From: Nemertoderma westbladi
Taxonomy: Eukaryota; Animalia; Xenacoelomorpha
Direction of reading: 5' to 3'
NCBI GenBank assembly: GCA_032718475.1
Contig: JAUCBJ010009058.1
Location: 62,001-126,000, forward strand
Length of the DNA stretch: 64,000 bases
The notes beneath the pieces are model-generated. The model did no database searches and had not been told where the DNA came from. It saw only the letters and a program-made list of their open reading frames with translations. Below, piece after piece: positions 1-12,494 of the stretch. The position numbers and the translations under genes were made by a program. Positions within the stretch are counted from its first letter, which is position 1. Each line of letters starts with the position of its first letter.

Positions 1-3000
1 TATTTTTTATTATTGTTATCTATAGTTAGCTGCCCTCTGTGTACTGTATTTATTTATTATTATTGTTATCTAGTTAGCTGCCCTCTGTGTACTGTATTTA
101 TTTATTATTATTGTTATCTAGTTAGCTGCCCTCTGTGTACTGTATTTATTTATTATTATTGTTATCTAGTTAGCTGCCCTCTGTGTACTGTATTTATTTA
201 TTATTATTGTTATCTAGTTAGCTGCCCTCTGTGTACTGTATTTATTTATTATTATTGTTATCTAGTTAGCTGCCCTCTGTGTACTGTATTTATTTATTAT
301 TATTGTTATCTAGTTAGCTGCCCTCTGTGTACTGTATTTATTTATTATTATTGTTATCTAGTTAGCTGCCCTCTGTGTACTGTATTTATTTTTTATTATT
401 GTTATCTATAGTTAGCTGCCCTCTGTGTACTGTATTTATTTATTATTATTGTTATCTAGTTAGCTGCCCTCTGTGTACTGTATTTATTTATTATTATTGT
501 TATCTAGTTAGCTGCCCTCTGTGTACTGTATTTATTTTTTATTATTGTTATCTAGTTAGCTGCCCTCTGTGTACTGTATTTATTTTTTATTATTGTTATC
601 TAGTTAGCTGCCCTCTGTGTACTGTATTTATTTATTATTATTGTTATCTAGTTAGCTGCCCTCTGTGTACTGTATTTATTTATTATTATTGTTATCTAGT
701 TAGCTGCCCTCTGTGTACTGTATTTATTTTTTATTATTGTTATCTAGTTAGCTGCCCTCTGTGTACTGTATTTATTTATTATTATTGTTATCTAGTTAGC
801 TGCCCTCTGTGTACTGTATTTATTTTTTATTATTGTTATCTAGTTAGCTGCCCTCTGTGTACTGTATTTATTTATTATTATTGTTATCTAGTTAGCTGCC
901 CTCTGTGTACTGTATTTATTTATTATTATTGTTATCTAGTTAGCTGCCCTCTGTGTACTGTATTTATTTATTATTATTGTTATCTAGTTAGCTGCCCTCT
1001 GTGTACTGTATTTATTTATTATTATTGTTATCTAGTTAGCTGCCCTCTGTGTACTGTATTTATTTATTATTATTGTTATCTAGTTAGCTGCCCTCTGTGT
1101 ACTGTATTTATTTATTATTATTGTTATCTAGTTAGCTGCCCTCTGTGTACTGTATTTATTTTTTATTATTGTTATCTAGTTAGCTGCCCTCTGTGTACTG
1201 TATTTATTTATTATTATTGTTATCTAGTTAGCTGCCCTCTGTGTACTGTATTTATTTTTTATTATTGTTATCTAGTTAGCTGCCCTCTGTGTACTGTATT
1301 TATTTATTATTATTGTTATCTAGTTAGCTGCCCTCTGTGTACTGTATTTATTTTTTATTATTGTTATCTAGTTAGCTGCCCTCTGTGTACTGTATTTATT
1401 TTTTATTATTGTTATCTAGTTAGCTGCCCTCTGTGTACTGTATTTATTGTTTATTATTGTTATCTAGTTAGCTGCCCTCTGTGTACTGTATTTATTTTTT
1501 ATTATTGTTATCTAGTTAGCTGCCCTCTGTGTACTGTATTTATTTTTTATTATTGTTATCTAGTTAGCTGCCCTCTGTGTACTGTATTTATTTATTATTA
1601 TTGTTATCTAGTTAGCTGCCCTCTGTGTACTGTATTTATTTATTATTATTGTTATCTATTTAGCTGCCCTCTGTGTACTGTATTTATTTTTTATTATTGT
1701 TATCTAGTTAGCTGCCCTCTGTGTACTGTATTTATTTATTATTATTGTTATCTAGTTAGCTGCCCTCTGTGTACTGTATTTATTTATTATTATTGTTATC
1801 TAGTTAGCTGCCCTCTGTGTACTGTATTTATTTATTATTATTGTTATCTAGTTAGCTGCCCTCTGTGTACTGTATTTATTTTTTATTATTGTTATCTAGT
1901 TAGCTGCCCTCTGTGTACTGTATTTATTTTTTATTATTGTTATCTAGTTAGCTGCCCTCTGTGTACTGTATTTATTTATTATTATTGTTATCTAGTTAGC
2001 TGCCCTCTGTGTACTGTATTTATTTATTATTATTGTTATCTAGTTAGCTGCCCTCTGTGTACTGTATTTATTTATTATTATTGTTATCTAGTTAGCTGTC
2101 CTCTGTGTACTGTATTTATTTTTTATTATTGTTATCTAGTTAGCTGCCCTCTGTGTACTGTATTTATTTTTTATTATTGTTATCTAGTTAGCTGCCCTCT
2201 GTGTACTGTATTTATTTTTTATTATTGTTATCTAGTTAGCTGCCCTCCGTGTACTGTATTTATTTATTATTATTGTTATCTAGTTAGCTATGCCCTCTGT
2301 GTACTGTATTTATTTATTATTGTTATCTAGTTAGCTGCCCTCTGTGTACTGTATTTATTTTTTATTATTGTTATCTAGTTAGCTGCCCTCTGTGTACTGT
2401 ATTTATTTTTTATTATTGTTATCTAGTTAGCTGCCCTCTGTGTACTGTATTTATTTATTATTATTGTTATCTAGTTAGCTGCCCTCTGTGTACTGTATTT
2501 ATTTATTATTATTGTTATCTAGTTAGCTGCCCTCTGTGTACTGTATTTATTTTTTATTATTGTTATCTAGTTAGCTGCCCTCTGTGTACTGTATTTATTT
2601 TTTATTATTGTTATCTAGTTAGCTGCCCTCTGTGTACTGTATTTATTTTTTATTATTGTTATCTAGTTAGCTGCCCTCTGTGTACTGTATTTATTTTTTA
2701 TTATTGTTATCTAGTTAGCTGCCCTCTGTGTACTGTATTTATTTTTTATTATTCTTATCTAGTTAGCTGCCCTCTGTGTACTGTATTTATTTTTTATTAT
2801 TGTTATCTAGTTAGCTGCCCTCTGTGTACTGTATTTATTTTTTATTATTGTTATCTAGTTAGCTGCCCTCTGTGTACTGTATTTATTTTTTATTATTGTT
2901 ATCTAGTTAGCTGCCCTCTGTGTACTGTATTTATTTTTTATTATTGTTATCTAGTTAGCTGCCCTCTGTGCACTGTATTTATTTATTATTATTGTTATCT

Positions 3001-3080
3001 AGTTAGCTGCCCTCTGTGTACTGTATTTATTTATTATTATTGTTATCTAGTTAGCTGCCCTCTGTGTACTGTATTTATTT
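1..3080. repeat. 48-bp AT-rich tandem satellite (TAGTTAGCTGCCCTCTGTGTACTGTATTTATTTATTATTATTGTTATC)n, intronic in the ABCG gene
   Basis: Near-perfect 48-bp periodicity, about 64 copies, running off the left edge. The 13..411 and 375..2330 ORFs are only its translation (16-aa repeat). Confidence 0.97.
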
Positions 3081-3155
3081 TTTTGATGAAGCTCTTGGGA
3101 ATGCGAGTAGAATTCTATTGTTATAAACTAATCTTAGACTACCAACTAAACTTAC

Positions 3156-3285
3156 TAATAAAGTCGGCGGGATTGTAATTGGGTTTACAAGGAACACCAA
3201 CATCTTTAAAGAAGTCAATAATTTCTGCACCGGGACCATAGTAAGCCACTTGTCCATTGCTAAGCAACAACAGTTTATCGAACAT
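3156..3285 (-). CDS. Host ABCG transporter exon (MFDKLLLLSNGQVAYYGPGAEIIDFFKDVGVPCKPNYNPADFI)
   Basis: Acceptor ttcag| and donor |gtaagt; 130 nt. Contains the ABCG-typical FDKLLLL..G..AY.G and NPADF motifs and is in phase with the previous exon. Confidence 0.92.
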
Positions 3286-3664
3286 CTGAAAGTGAGACAC
3301 ATATCCCGCCTCAATGTTAAATTCTCAATTTAGGGAAAGGAGCAGGTTACAGTAGCACGATATTTTAACCAAAACAATAAACTAAACACAATAGAACAGG
3401 TTACAGTCTTATTATTGAGAGTAATCATCTGTTATTTGCGTCCAATTTCCCCTGGAGAGGGATGAATTTTTATTGCGTCCAGTTTCACCCCCCTATCTGC
3501 TGAAAGTTGATAGGAGTATATTTAGTGTTTGGGTTAGAAAACATCTTCAGCAGAGCAACAAGGGCTGTCCACAAAACTTTAAAATACTGGATCTGAATAT
3601 GCAAGGGAATGGACTCCATGAGCTCCCGTTACCATTGTTAATTAATTAGTAGGTCATGACCAAC

Positions 3665-3790
3665 CTCGAATATTTGACTTGAAGGCTGATGGATACTGGC
3701 AATAACAGTTTTTCCCGATTCGCGTGTGAACCGCTTGAGGGTGGTCATAAGTTGTAGGGCAGTGGATGAGTCTAAACCAGTAGTTGGTTC
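3665..3790 (-). CDS. Host ABCG transporter exon (EPTTGLDSSTALQLMTTLKRFTRESGKTVIASIHQPSSQIFE): D-loop and H-loop
   Basis: Acceptor cctcag| and donor |gttggt; 126 nt, phase 0/0. EPTxGLDS and SIHQP motifs. Confidence 0.92.
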
Positions 3791-3924
3791 CTGAGGAAAC
3801 AAAAATCAAATTTTAATATTTACACTTATTACATATATAATTCTAATTTATTACATTAGACTTCAATAAAAGAAAGAAATTACATATCTAATCTTAATAT
3901 TAATGTTGACCTCAACAAACTCAC

Positions 3925-4025
3925 ATCGAGAAGCAGCAAGGAAGGGTCGGTTAATAACTCGCTGGCTATATTAGTTCTTTTCTTTTCGCCTCCGGAAAGT
4001 CCTTTAACCATGAAATCACCGATAA
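3925..4025 (-). CDS. Host ABCG transporter exon ([34 protein letters not shown]): ABC signature and Walker B
   Basis: Acceptor ctgcag| and donor |gtgagt; 101 nt, phase 1/0. LSGGE signature and LLLLD Walker B. Confidence 0.94.
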
Positions 4026-4079
4026 CTGCAGAAAATGATATAAAGTGTCAACCGTATCAAAAATCATAATAAATTAATC

Positions 4080-6738
4080 TTACTTGTCTTTCTTTAGAAG
4101 CCCAGATTGATCCAAGCTATTGATGATACAGTTAACAACTTACTTGTGTTTCTACAGAGACCCAGATCCAAGCTATATCGATGATACAGTTAACAACTTA
4201 CTTGTGTTTCTACAGAGTCCCAGATCCAAGCTATCGATGATACAGTTAACAACTTACTTGTGTTTCTACAGAGGCCCAGATCCAAGCTATCGATGATACA
4301 GTTAACAACTTACTTGTGTTTCTACAGAGGCCCAGATCCAAGCTATCGATGATACAGTTAACAACTTACTTGTGTTTCTACAGAGTCCCAGATCCAAGCT
4401 ATCGATGATACAGTTAACAACTTACTTGTGTTTCTACAGAGACCCAGATCCAAGCTTTCGATGATACCGTTAACAACTTACTTGTGTTTCTACAGAGACC
4501 CAGACCCAAGCTATCGATGATACAGTTAACAACTTACTTGTGTTTCTACAGAGGCCCAGATCCAAGCTATCGATGATACAGTTAACAACTTACTTGTGTT
4601 TCTACAGAGGCCCAGATCCAAGCTATCGATGATACAGTTAACAACTTACTTGTGTTTACAGAGGCCCAGATCCAAGCTATCGATGATACAGTTAACAACT
4701 TACTTGTGTTTCTACAGAGACCCAGATCCAAGCTATCGATGATACAGTTAACAACTTACTTGTGTTTCTACAGAGGGCCAGACCCAAGCTATATCGATGA
4801 TACAGTTAACACCTTACTTGTGTTTCTACAGAGACCCAGATCCAAGCTATCGATGATACAGTTAACAACTTACTTGTGTTTCTACAGAGACCCAGATCCA
4901 AGCTATCGATGATACAGTTAACAACTTACTTGTGTTTCTACAGAGACCCAGATCCAAGCTATCGATGATACAGTTAACAACTTACTTGTGTTTACAGAGG
5001 CCCAGATCCAAGCTATCGATGATACAGTTAACAACTTACTTGTGTTTCTACAGAGACCCAGATCCAAGCTATCGATGATACAGTTAACAACTTACTTGTG
5101 TTTCTACAGAGACCCAGATCCAAGCTATTGATGATACAGTTAACAACTTACTTGTGTTTCTACAGAGACCCAGATCCAAGCTATCGATGATACAGTTAAC
5201 AACTTACTTGTGTTTCTACAGAGATCCAGATCCAAGTTATCGATGATACAGTTAACAACTTACTTGTGTTTCTACAGAGACCCAGATCCAAGCTATCGAT
5301 GATACAGTTAACAACTTACTTGTGTTTCTACAGAGACCCAGATCAAAGCTATCGATGATACAGTTAACAACTTACTTGTGTTTCTACAGAGACCCAGACC
5401 CAAGCTATCGATGATACAGTTTACAACTTACTTGTTTGTTTCTACAGAGACCCAGATCCAAGCTATCGATGATACAGTTAACAACTTACTTGTGTTTCTA
5501 CAGAGACCCAGATCCAAGCTATCGATGATACAGTTAACAACTTACTTGTGTTTCTACAGAGACCCAGATCCAAGCTATCGATGATACAGTTAACAACTTA
5601 CTTGTCTTTCTACAGAGACCCAAATCCAAGCTATCGATGATACAGTTAACAACTTACTTGTGTTTCTACAGAGACCCAGATCCAAGCTTTCGATGATACA
5701 GTTAACAACTTACTTGTGTTTCTACAGAGACCCAGATCCAAGCTATCGATGATACCGTTAACAACTTACTTGTGTTTCTACAGAGACCCAGATCCAAGCT
5801 TTCGATGATACAGTTAACAACTTACTTGTGTTTCTACAGAGGCCCAGATCCAAGCTATCGATGATACAGTTAACAACTTACTTGTGTTTCTACAGAGGCC
5901 CAGATCCAAGCTATCGATGATACAGTTAACAACTTACTTGTGTTTCTACAGAGACCCAGATCCAAGCTATCGATGATACAGTTAACAACTTACTTGTGTT
6001 TCTACAGAGACCCAGATCCAAGCTATCGATGATACAGTTAACAACTTACTTGTGTTTCTACAGAGACCCAGATCCAAGCTATCGATGATACAGTTAACAA
6101 CTTACTTGTGTTTCTACAGAGACCCAGATCCAAGCTATCGATGATACCGTTAACAACTTACTTGTGTTTCTACAGAGACCCAGATCCAAGCTATCGATGA
6201 TACAGTTACCAACTTACTTGTGTTTCTACAGAGACCCAGATCCAAGCTATCGATGATACCGTTAACAACTTACTTGTGTTTCTACAGAGACCCAGATCCA
6301 AGCTATCGATGATACAGTTAACAACTTACTTTCTACAGAGGCCCAGATCCAAGCTATCGATGATACAGTTAACAACTTACTTGTCTTTCTACAGAGACCC
6401 AAATCCAAGCTATCGATGATACAGTTAACAACTTACTTGTGTTTCTACAGAGACCCAGATCCAAGCTTTCGATGATACAGTTAACAACTTACTTGTGTTT
6501 CTACAGAGGCCCAGATCCAAGCTATCGATGATACAGTTAACAACTTACTTGTGTTTCTACAGAGGCCCAGATCCAAGCTATCGATGATACAGTTAACAAC
6601 TTACTTGTGTTTCTACAGAGACCCAGATCCAAGCTATCGATGATACAGTTAACAACTTACTTGTGTTTCTACAGAGACCCAGATCCAAGCTATCGATGAT
6701 ACAGTTAACAACTTACTTGTGTTTCTACAGAGACCCAG
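4080..6738. repeat. 56-bp satellite, left block (GAGACCCAGATCCAAGCTATCGATGATACAGTTAACAACTTACTTGTGTTTCTACA)n
   Basis: Clear 56-bp periodicity, interrupted at 6739 by the Polinton. The reverse complement equals the 3' end of the ABCG exon at 44703-44753 plus GTAAG. Confidence 0.97.
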
Positions 6739-7224
6739 AGTAGTAGAAGAAGAGGGCCCCCCCGCATACTCCTCCCTAGCCTGGGCTACGGGCTGCATCT
6801 CGGAGGGCTATTAAATACGTGCTAAATCGCGATGTTTAATGACCATCTGTCACCATCAATATTGATTCGTATCGATGCCTTCAACCAATCGTTGCCTATC
6901 GCCTACGCATAGCCTAACCTCACGATGCCTACCTTACTCGATAGCTGTTACCAACCATGAGTATTGATTCGTGTTGTTGCATCAACCAACCATCGCATAT
7001 TCATCTTCGCGTAACCTAACTTCACGATGCATGGCTAGCCCCCACTACGCTATTATATTATATATCGATTGCCAACTCACCACCGATAGCCACGCACGGC
7101 TACTCCTCGACGGCTGTCGCCAAACCAATCAATCCAACCAACCAAGCAGCCTACCAGTCCAACGCTATGATACGTGAAATTCCGCCACGTTCCAGCTACA
7201 CGTATACGAATATTTCCATAGTTA
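6739..7224 (+). repeat. Left terminal inverted repeat of the Polinton (486 bp)
   Basis: Reverse complement of 24474-24959 with about 8 mismatches counted by eye. Confidence 0.96.
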
Positions 7225-7647
7225 TTTCCTATCCAGGCAACCAACCAACCACCACCACTGTATACTGTATATGGTAACGACGTGGCCATCTACACGCATC
7301 ATGCATATATTATATTATATTGATTGCCAACTCCACGACCGCTGTCGCCAAATCAACAAACCAACCAGTATGATACATGAGATTCCGTCACGTTCCAGCT
7401 ACGCGTATACGAGCATTAGTGATTATTATTACGCAATAATTTTTTTGTTTATACAGTAGTTCCCTACCAGCTAATCAACCAATCAATAAACCGAATTTAG
7501 GCTATTTCTCAGTTTAAGACCTGTATTATTTTTGAAAATATCTTATATATATAATCTCTTGCTTTAATCACAATTAATCATTTGTAATGGTTTTAGTTTA
7601 AAAGTTTTTACTTTGTTTGTTTGATTTACAATAAAATAAATTAAATA

Positions 7648-8091
7648 ATGTCTTCTGATTCCGATATGGTTATGCCAATGGTAAGGCATTCATTTTTTGC
7701 AGAAGATGGTCAAGCCTATATTGTTATTGATTATACAATTTACCGTCAGGGAGATGATAAATATAAAATTGAGTTTTCTGAAAAAGCCAGGAAAGTTTTA
7801 AGCTCAATTGATATTGATGCTTCTGATAATAGTGTTCATCTCTTAGATTACAACCTGAAAGTTGAGCATGTGGGAAAATTAAGCAACATTTTACTATTAT
7901 CCATGATAGAGGGGTTTATTGTTATTACACAATACAACGAAGCTGGTGAAAAGTTTGAAATACGGCTAAATCGACATAGCCCCTACGAAATTATGTCTTT
8001 CTTTATTGTAATGATTTCAAAAGAATCCTTTATCGAAACTGAAGAATCAAAGGATAATGTTGAATATGTTGATAATATCATTGATTCTTGA
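7648..8091 (+). CDS. Polinton hypothetical acidic protein (147 aa)
   Basis: Open ATG-initiated frame in AT-rich flanks; first gene after the left TIR; no family recognised. Confidence 0.65.
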   Translation: MSSDSDMVMPMVRHSFFAEDGQAYIVIDYTIYRQGDDKYKIEFSEKARKVLSSIDIDASDNSVHLLDYNLKVEHVGKLSNILLLSMIEGFIVITQYNEAGEKFEIRLNRHSPYEIMSFFIVMISKESFIETEESKDNVEYVDNIIDS

Positions 8092-8258
8092 CTTTTCCCT
8101 CTATATTATAAATATTTTATGATTATATATAAAATTTTGATGTTTTAAATAATCGAAAATTGTAGCAGTATTTGTATATACAGTATAATAGTTTTGTTTG
8201 TTGTTGTTGTTGTTGTGTATTGCGGTAATTATTTTCAATTTACTTTAAAATTTGGAAA

Positions 8259-8711
8259 ATGGATATTTTAAATGAAAAATGTCCAGTTTGCTATTCTAAG
8301 TTATTGCAACAACATCGAGATTATTATAAATGTGAAAATAAACATGCAACTTGCGTACAATGTATTGTACAATATTCCGAAATGAATAATTATTGTTCTA
8401 AAATTTGTCCTATTTGTCGCGCACCCATATCTAAGTTTAATATAAAGTTGGCAAGTTATCAACCCTATTATTGGAAAGAGCTTCGCAATATAACTTATAT
8501 TTCTGCGGAAAGTAATGATCCGGGAGATTTATTTACAATATTGGAGAATATTTTTTATAGAAATGTAGTACGACGCTGTTGCTACTATATTCCTTATTTT
8601 TTTAGCAGCGAACATAAAAAAATTATTAGCGCGAAATTTTCGGGAAGTGATTTCCAAACCGCCGATGTTACCTATCATTATTTCGCGTATAAAGATGCTC
8701 ACCATGCTTGA
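8259..8711 (+). CDS. RING-finger protein (putative E3 ubiquitin ligase)
   Basis: C3HC4 spacing: CPVC...CENKHATCVQC...CPICR at the N terminus. Confidence 0.85.
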   Translation: MDILNEKCPVCYSKLLQQHRDYYKCENKHATCVQCIVQYSEMNNYCSKICPICRAPISKFNIKLASYQPYYWKELRNITYISAESNDPGDLFTILENIFYRNVVRRCCYYIPYFFSSEHKKIISAKFSGSDFQTADVTYHYFAYKDAHHA

Positions 8712-8927
8712 AATTACATCAGTCTATACTATAATTGGAAATAGCACCTTTTGTTGCAGCGAGCGTCACATACTGTAGCGGCGTCGTATGTTAATTAAAT
8801 ATACAGTACTCTAATATTGTAGTTGCATCAATTATTGTTATATACATAGTAATGGTGTTGGTTTATTGATATTGATATTGATATTATATTATATTGTATT
8901 GTTGATATATCTTAATAATAATAATAA

Positions 8928-9611
8928 ATGGCTGACTTTAATTCAGGTCCATATAATTTAAACTTTCAAATGGGAACGAGTATGATAATTTCTGGGCCAT
9001 CTGGTTCTGGAAAGTCAACCTTTGTAAGCAATTTAATTAAACACAAGAATGGTTGTTTCAACGAAGCCCCCTTGCGAGTATTGTATTGTTACGGGAGCAA
9101 TCCCCCGACTATTCCCGGTATTACTCACCTTTACAAAGGTTTGCCCAAAAATATAGATAGTTTAGTGAATAGTCGAGATTTATTAATTATAGATGATTTG
9201 TTAACAGAAACTGAGTCCAGTACAGCATTAACTGTATTGTTTACTAAGGTAGCTCATCATTCCAATATATTTATTTGTTTTATAATGCAAAACATGTTTT
9301 ACGGTGGGAAGCATAACCGCACAAGATCAATTAATAGCCATACTTTAGTATTAATGAAAAATCCGAGAGACAGTTTATCGGTTTTAAATTTCGCGAAGCA
9401 GATGTTACCAGGGCAGACCAAATTTTTAGTTGATTCCTATCAAGATGCGACAATTCAACCATTTTCACATTTCTTAATTGATTTACGACAGGAAACACCC
9501 GAACATTTAAGATTTAGATCTGATATATTTTGTAATCATAATTGTTACATTAAAAATTACACTGACTATAAACGTAGCAAAAATAATAATAATAATAATA
9601 ATGATAAATAA
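8928..9611 (+). CDS. A32/FtsK-like genome-packaging ATPase
   Basis: Walker A GPSGSGKST, Walker B LLIIDD, and the Polinton ATPase motifs HHSNI, QN and KNPRD. Confidence 0.95.
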   Translation: MADFNSGPYNLNFQMGTSMIISGPSGSGKSTFVSNLIKHKNGCFNEAPLRVLYCYGSNPPTIPGITHLYKGLPKNIDSLVNSRDLLIIDDLLTETESSTALTVLFTKVAHHSNIFICFIMQNMFYGGKHNRTRSINSHTLVLMKNPRDSLSVLNFAKQMLPGQTKFLVDSYQDATIQPFSHFLIDLRQETPEHLRFRSDIFCNHNCYIKNYTDYKRSKNNNNNNNDK

Positions 9612-9648
9612 TTAATATTTTGTAACAATTTTCAATAATGTTGCAACA

Positions 9649-10032
9649 ATGAATAGACTTGTGCAGAAATATCGTAACGAACTGGAATTTCTACGCAGCG
9701 CTACCCCTCAACAAAGAACTTATTTTATTAACCATACCGCGAGTAACGAATTAATACGGCTCATTGTAAATACTGCATTAAATGTTCTAAAAGGTAATGT
9801 ACAATTAACCCCTCATTCATTTAGAAATATTCGCCGCTATAAGAAGGTATTGAAATCACTCAACCGTAAAACAAAAAATATATCAAGTTACAGAAAAAAG
9901 TTAAGCAATCAATCTGGAGGTATACTACCGTTTCTAATACCCTTACTCGGCATTGGTGCGAAACTCGCCGCGAGTGCCGGAGCCGCCGCCGCTGGAGCAG
10001 CTATTGCTAAAAAAATTAACCGTGGACGGTAA
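9649..10032 (+). CDS. Basic virion core or membrane-active protein with a C-terminal hydrophobic/amphipathic peptide
   Basis: Basic helical N terminus, then QSGG followed by ILPFLIPLLGIGAKLAASAGAAAAG. Resembles the small conserved ORF found after the ATPase in Polintons; QSGG is a plausible adenain cleavage site. Confidence 0.75.
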   Translation: MNRLVQKYRNELEFLRSATPQQRTYFINHTASNELIRLIVNTALNVLKGNVQLTPHSFRNIRRYKKVLKSLNRKTKNISSYRKKLSNQSGGILPFLIPLLGIGAKLAASAGAAAAGAAIAKKINRGR

Positions 10033-10034
10033 TA

Positions 10035-10205
10035 ATGGTTAAAACAGGAGTAACATTTAGAAAATTATATTTAGTATCGAGTAAACTGTTAGCTACTGAT
10101 TTAAAACCTCAAGATATACCTAGAGTAAATACTACAAAAAGAAAACCCTTTAAAACATCAACTTCAAAGAAAATAATTAAAAAATTTCAGTTGTTCTTAC
10201 GGTGA
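10035..10205 (+). CDS. Small basic ORF (56 aa, MVKTGVTFRKLYLVSSKLL...), not in the ORF track
   Basis: ATG two bases after the previous stop (TAATAATG); fills the gap before the integrase; translated by hand. Confidence 0.5.
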   Translation: MVKTGVTFRKLYLVSSKLLATDLKPQDIPRVNTTKRKPFKTSTSKKIIKKFQLFLR

Positions 10206-10256
10206 TGCCCTTTATAAGAGATTTGAATATACATATTACTTGCGGTTGTCGAAAAG

Positions 10257-11345
10257 ATGCCTCGCAAGATGAAACCGATTTTAAGCCGAAGCTTAGACAA
10301 AAAACTGTTAAGAATTTATTTAGATCCTTCATCCCCTGTGGGATTTGCAAGTGTTGCAAAATTAGCAAAAGCTGCAAACATCAAATCAGCACAAGCCCAG
10401 AAATGGATGAGCGGGCAAAAGACATACACCCTTCACGCTCCACGTAGACACCATTATCCAACATCTAAAATATTTACGGGAGGCATAAAAGATATATATA
10501 TGATAGATCTGGTGGATATGCAGCAATATAAGTCGCAAAATAATAATTATAACTATATATTAACATGTATTGATGCCTTTAGCAGGCTTGCTTTTGGCTA
10601 TGATATGAAAACAAAAAAGGGTGTTGAAATTATTAGTATATTGCAAAAAATATTCCAGAAAGGAAAACCAAACAGAATCGCCACGGATCAAGGTTCTGAG
10701 TTTCTAAATAAATCTGTAAGGAAATATTTAGATACGTTAGGTATACAGTATTACGTAATGTACTCTGTGAATAAGGTGGCTATTGTCGAGAGATTCAATA
10801 GAACATTAAAAACAAAGATGTTCAAAATTTTTACACAACGAGGAAATAATGTTTGCATTAAAATTTTACCTAAGCTTATCTCGGCTTATAATAGGTCATA
10901 TCATAGGACAATAAAAATGACGCCTATTGAAGTTAATAAATTTAATGAAACTGAATTAATGAATAGATTATATGGGAAATATAGACAGATTAATCATAAG
11001 AAAATAAAATTTAAAGTTGGAGATACAGTACGATTATCTATCGCTCGTACTGCTTTTGCTAAAGGCTATCGAGAACAATGGACACGTGAATTATTTATTA
11101 TTCATCGTGTCAGGTTGGATAGAGTACCCGCTGTAATGTTCGATATTAAGGACAGCGCTGGAGCTATAATAAAGGGCTCATTTTATTCTCACGAACTCCA
11201 AAAGGTCCACCCGAATAGTAATATTTATCTAGCAATTGATAAAAATATTGGCAAACTTAAAGAACGTGTACGCAATGGGAAGAAAGAATATTTAGTCCGA
11301 TTCATCGGATCCAAGAAACAGTCGTGGGTACAGCATATTCAATAA
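10257..11345 (+). CDS. Retroviral-like (rve) DDE integrase with a C-terminal chromodomain-like remnant
   Basis: IDLVDM, TDQGSEF and VERFNRTLK catalytic triad; YNRSYHRTIKMTP; C-terminal KEYLVRFIG...SW. Confidence 0.96.
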   Translation: MPRKMKPILSRSLDKKLLRIYLDPSSPVGFASVAKLAKAANIKSAQAQKWMSGQKTYTLHAPRRHHYPTSKIFTGGIKDIYMIDLVDMQQYKSQNNNYNYILTCIDAFSRLAFGYDMKTKKGVEIISILQKIFQKGKPNRIATDQGSEFLNKSVRKYLDTLGIQYYVMYSVNKVAIVERFNRTLKTKMFKIFTQRGNNVCIKILPKLISAYNRSYHRTIKMTPIEVNKFNETELMNRLYGKYRQINHKKIKFKVGDTVRLSIARTAFAKGYREQWTRELFIIHRVRLDRVPAVMFDIKDSAGAIIKGSFYSHELQKVHPNSNIYLAIDKNIGKLKERVRNGKKEYLVRFIGSKKQSWVQHIQ

Positions 11346-11621
11346 GCTTAGGTTTATACTGTATATTAATTCATTTTGGTCGCATATGACCGTAATTAAT
11401 CAATATTAACTCGAATGATATTACTATATCTATAGTTCATCCGTTTTAAATAAAGCCAATAAAGCCAGTAAAATATTGATCCCGCGCATATACTGTAGAA
11501 GATGCGACAATGAACGACAATGAACGTGGTCACAGATGTCTATAATTTAACATTATACTGTACTGTACTGTATGTACAATGGAGTCAAGTAGAGAGAGAG
11601 CGAGCTTAAATAATAATAATA

Positions 11622-12494
11622 ATGGCCACAGATACATATATCACTCTACTTTCAGATAGCTCATTAAACACTTACCCCAATAATAATCCTAGCGAGTTTA
11701 CTGTTGATTTAGCCGAAGAATTATATATTGGTCCAAACGCTAAAATTGGGCTTGCCGAGCTTCAATATCAAGCAACATACAGTAATATTACGCTGCAAAC
11801 TCAAATCTCGCTGTCAATCGGGGTAGATGCAAAAGATGCCAAATTATATAGTTTATTTCCCGGTATGCATAACTCTATTTAAGTCATTATTGATGATATA
11901 AATAAACTGTTTAATTCTGAAGCGAAATATAGAGATTTCGAATTCATTTTTAATACAAATAATTCTAGAATTAAATTTAAATTTCCTAAAAAGTTGAAAA
12001 AAATACAATTAAGTCTACGTGGTGATTTAATACAAATTCTAGGCTTAAAACCGTTATTGGATCGGAATCATCCGGATATTCCGAATTGGGATATATACAG
12101 TACCACTACAGTAGATGAATTAAGCAATATAGAACAGCCAATATTAATTTTAAATTATAGCGGGCCAAAAATTTCGGAAATTGGCATTTTAGATTTTCCA
12201 GCTCCCACGAATATAACACGTAATAAAGACACTATCTTTATATACACAGATATTATTAAGAGCTCATTTGTTGGCGACCCTTTAGCACCGCTCTTAAGAA
12301 CCTGCCCTTTAACGCAATTAAATCGAAAATATATTAATCACGAATACGAGAGCATTTGCTATTACCCGTTGTTGAATAAAAAACTAAAAACAATCTTAAT
12401 TACTTTACGTGACGGACAAGGCGAATTAATTAACTTCAGCGGAGGTCGCACTGTTATAACACTTAAGTTAATACGGGGTGGCAGTGATGGATGA
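11622..12494 (+). pseudogene. Minor capsid protein (penton) paralogue 1 with an in-frame TAA at 11880-11882
   Basis: ORFs 11622..11882 and 11994..12494 share a frame. Motifs YITLLSDSS..YP.N..S.F, IFIYTDII..S.VGD..APLLR and C-terminal TVITLKL. Confidence 0.85.

Noticed and set aside
13-2330. Cys/Tyr-rich 132-aa and 651-aa ORFs
   Set aside because: Pure translation of the 48-bp satellite; the unit length is divisible by 3 and there is no real ATG context.
1-3080. 48-bp satellite as a third splice-site-derived array
   Set aside because: The minus strand has CTAAC and AG words but no polypyrimidine tract or donor, and it starts about 75 nt into the intron. The next exon is outside the window, so this cannot be supported.
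3075-3314. 79-aa minus-strand ORF in the track
   Set aside because: Wrong reading frame over the real ABCG exon at 3285-3156.
6971-7459. Short ORFs in the TIRs (also 24521..24727)
   Set aside because: Short, mostly non-ATG starts, and mirrored only because they lie in the inverted repeats.
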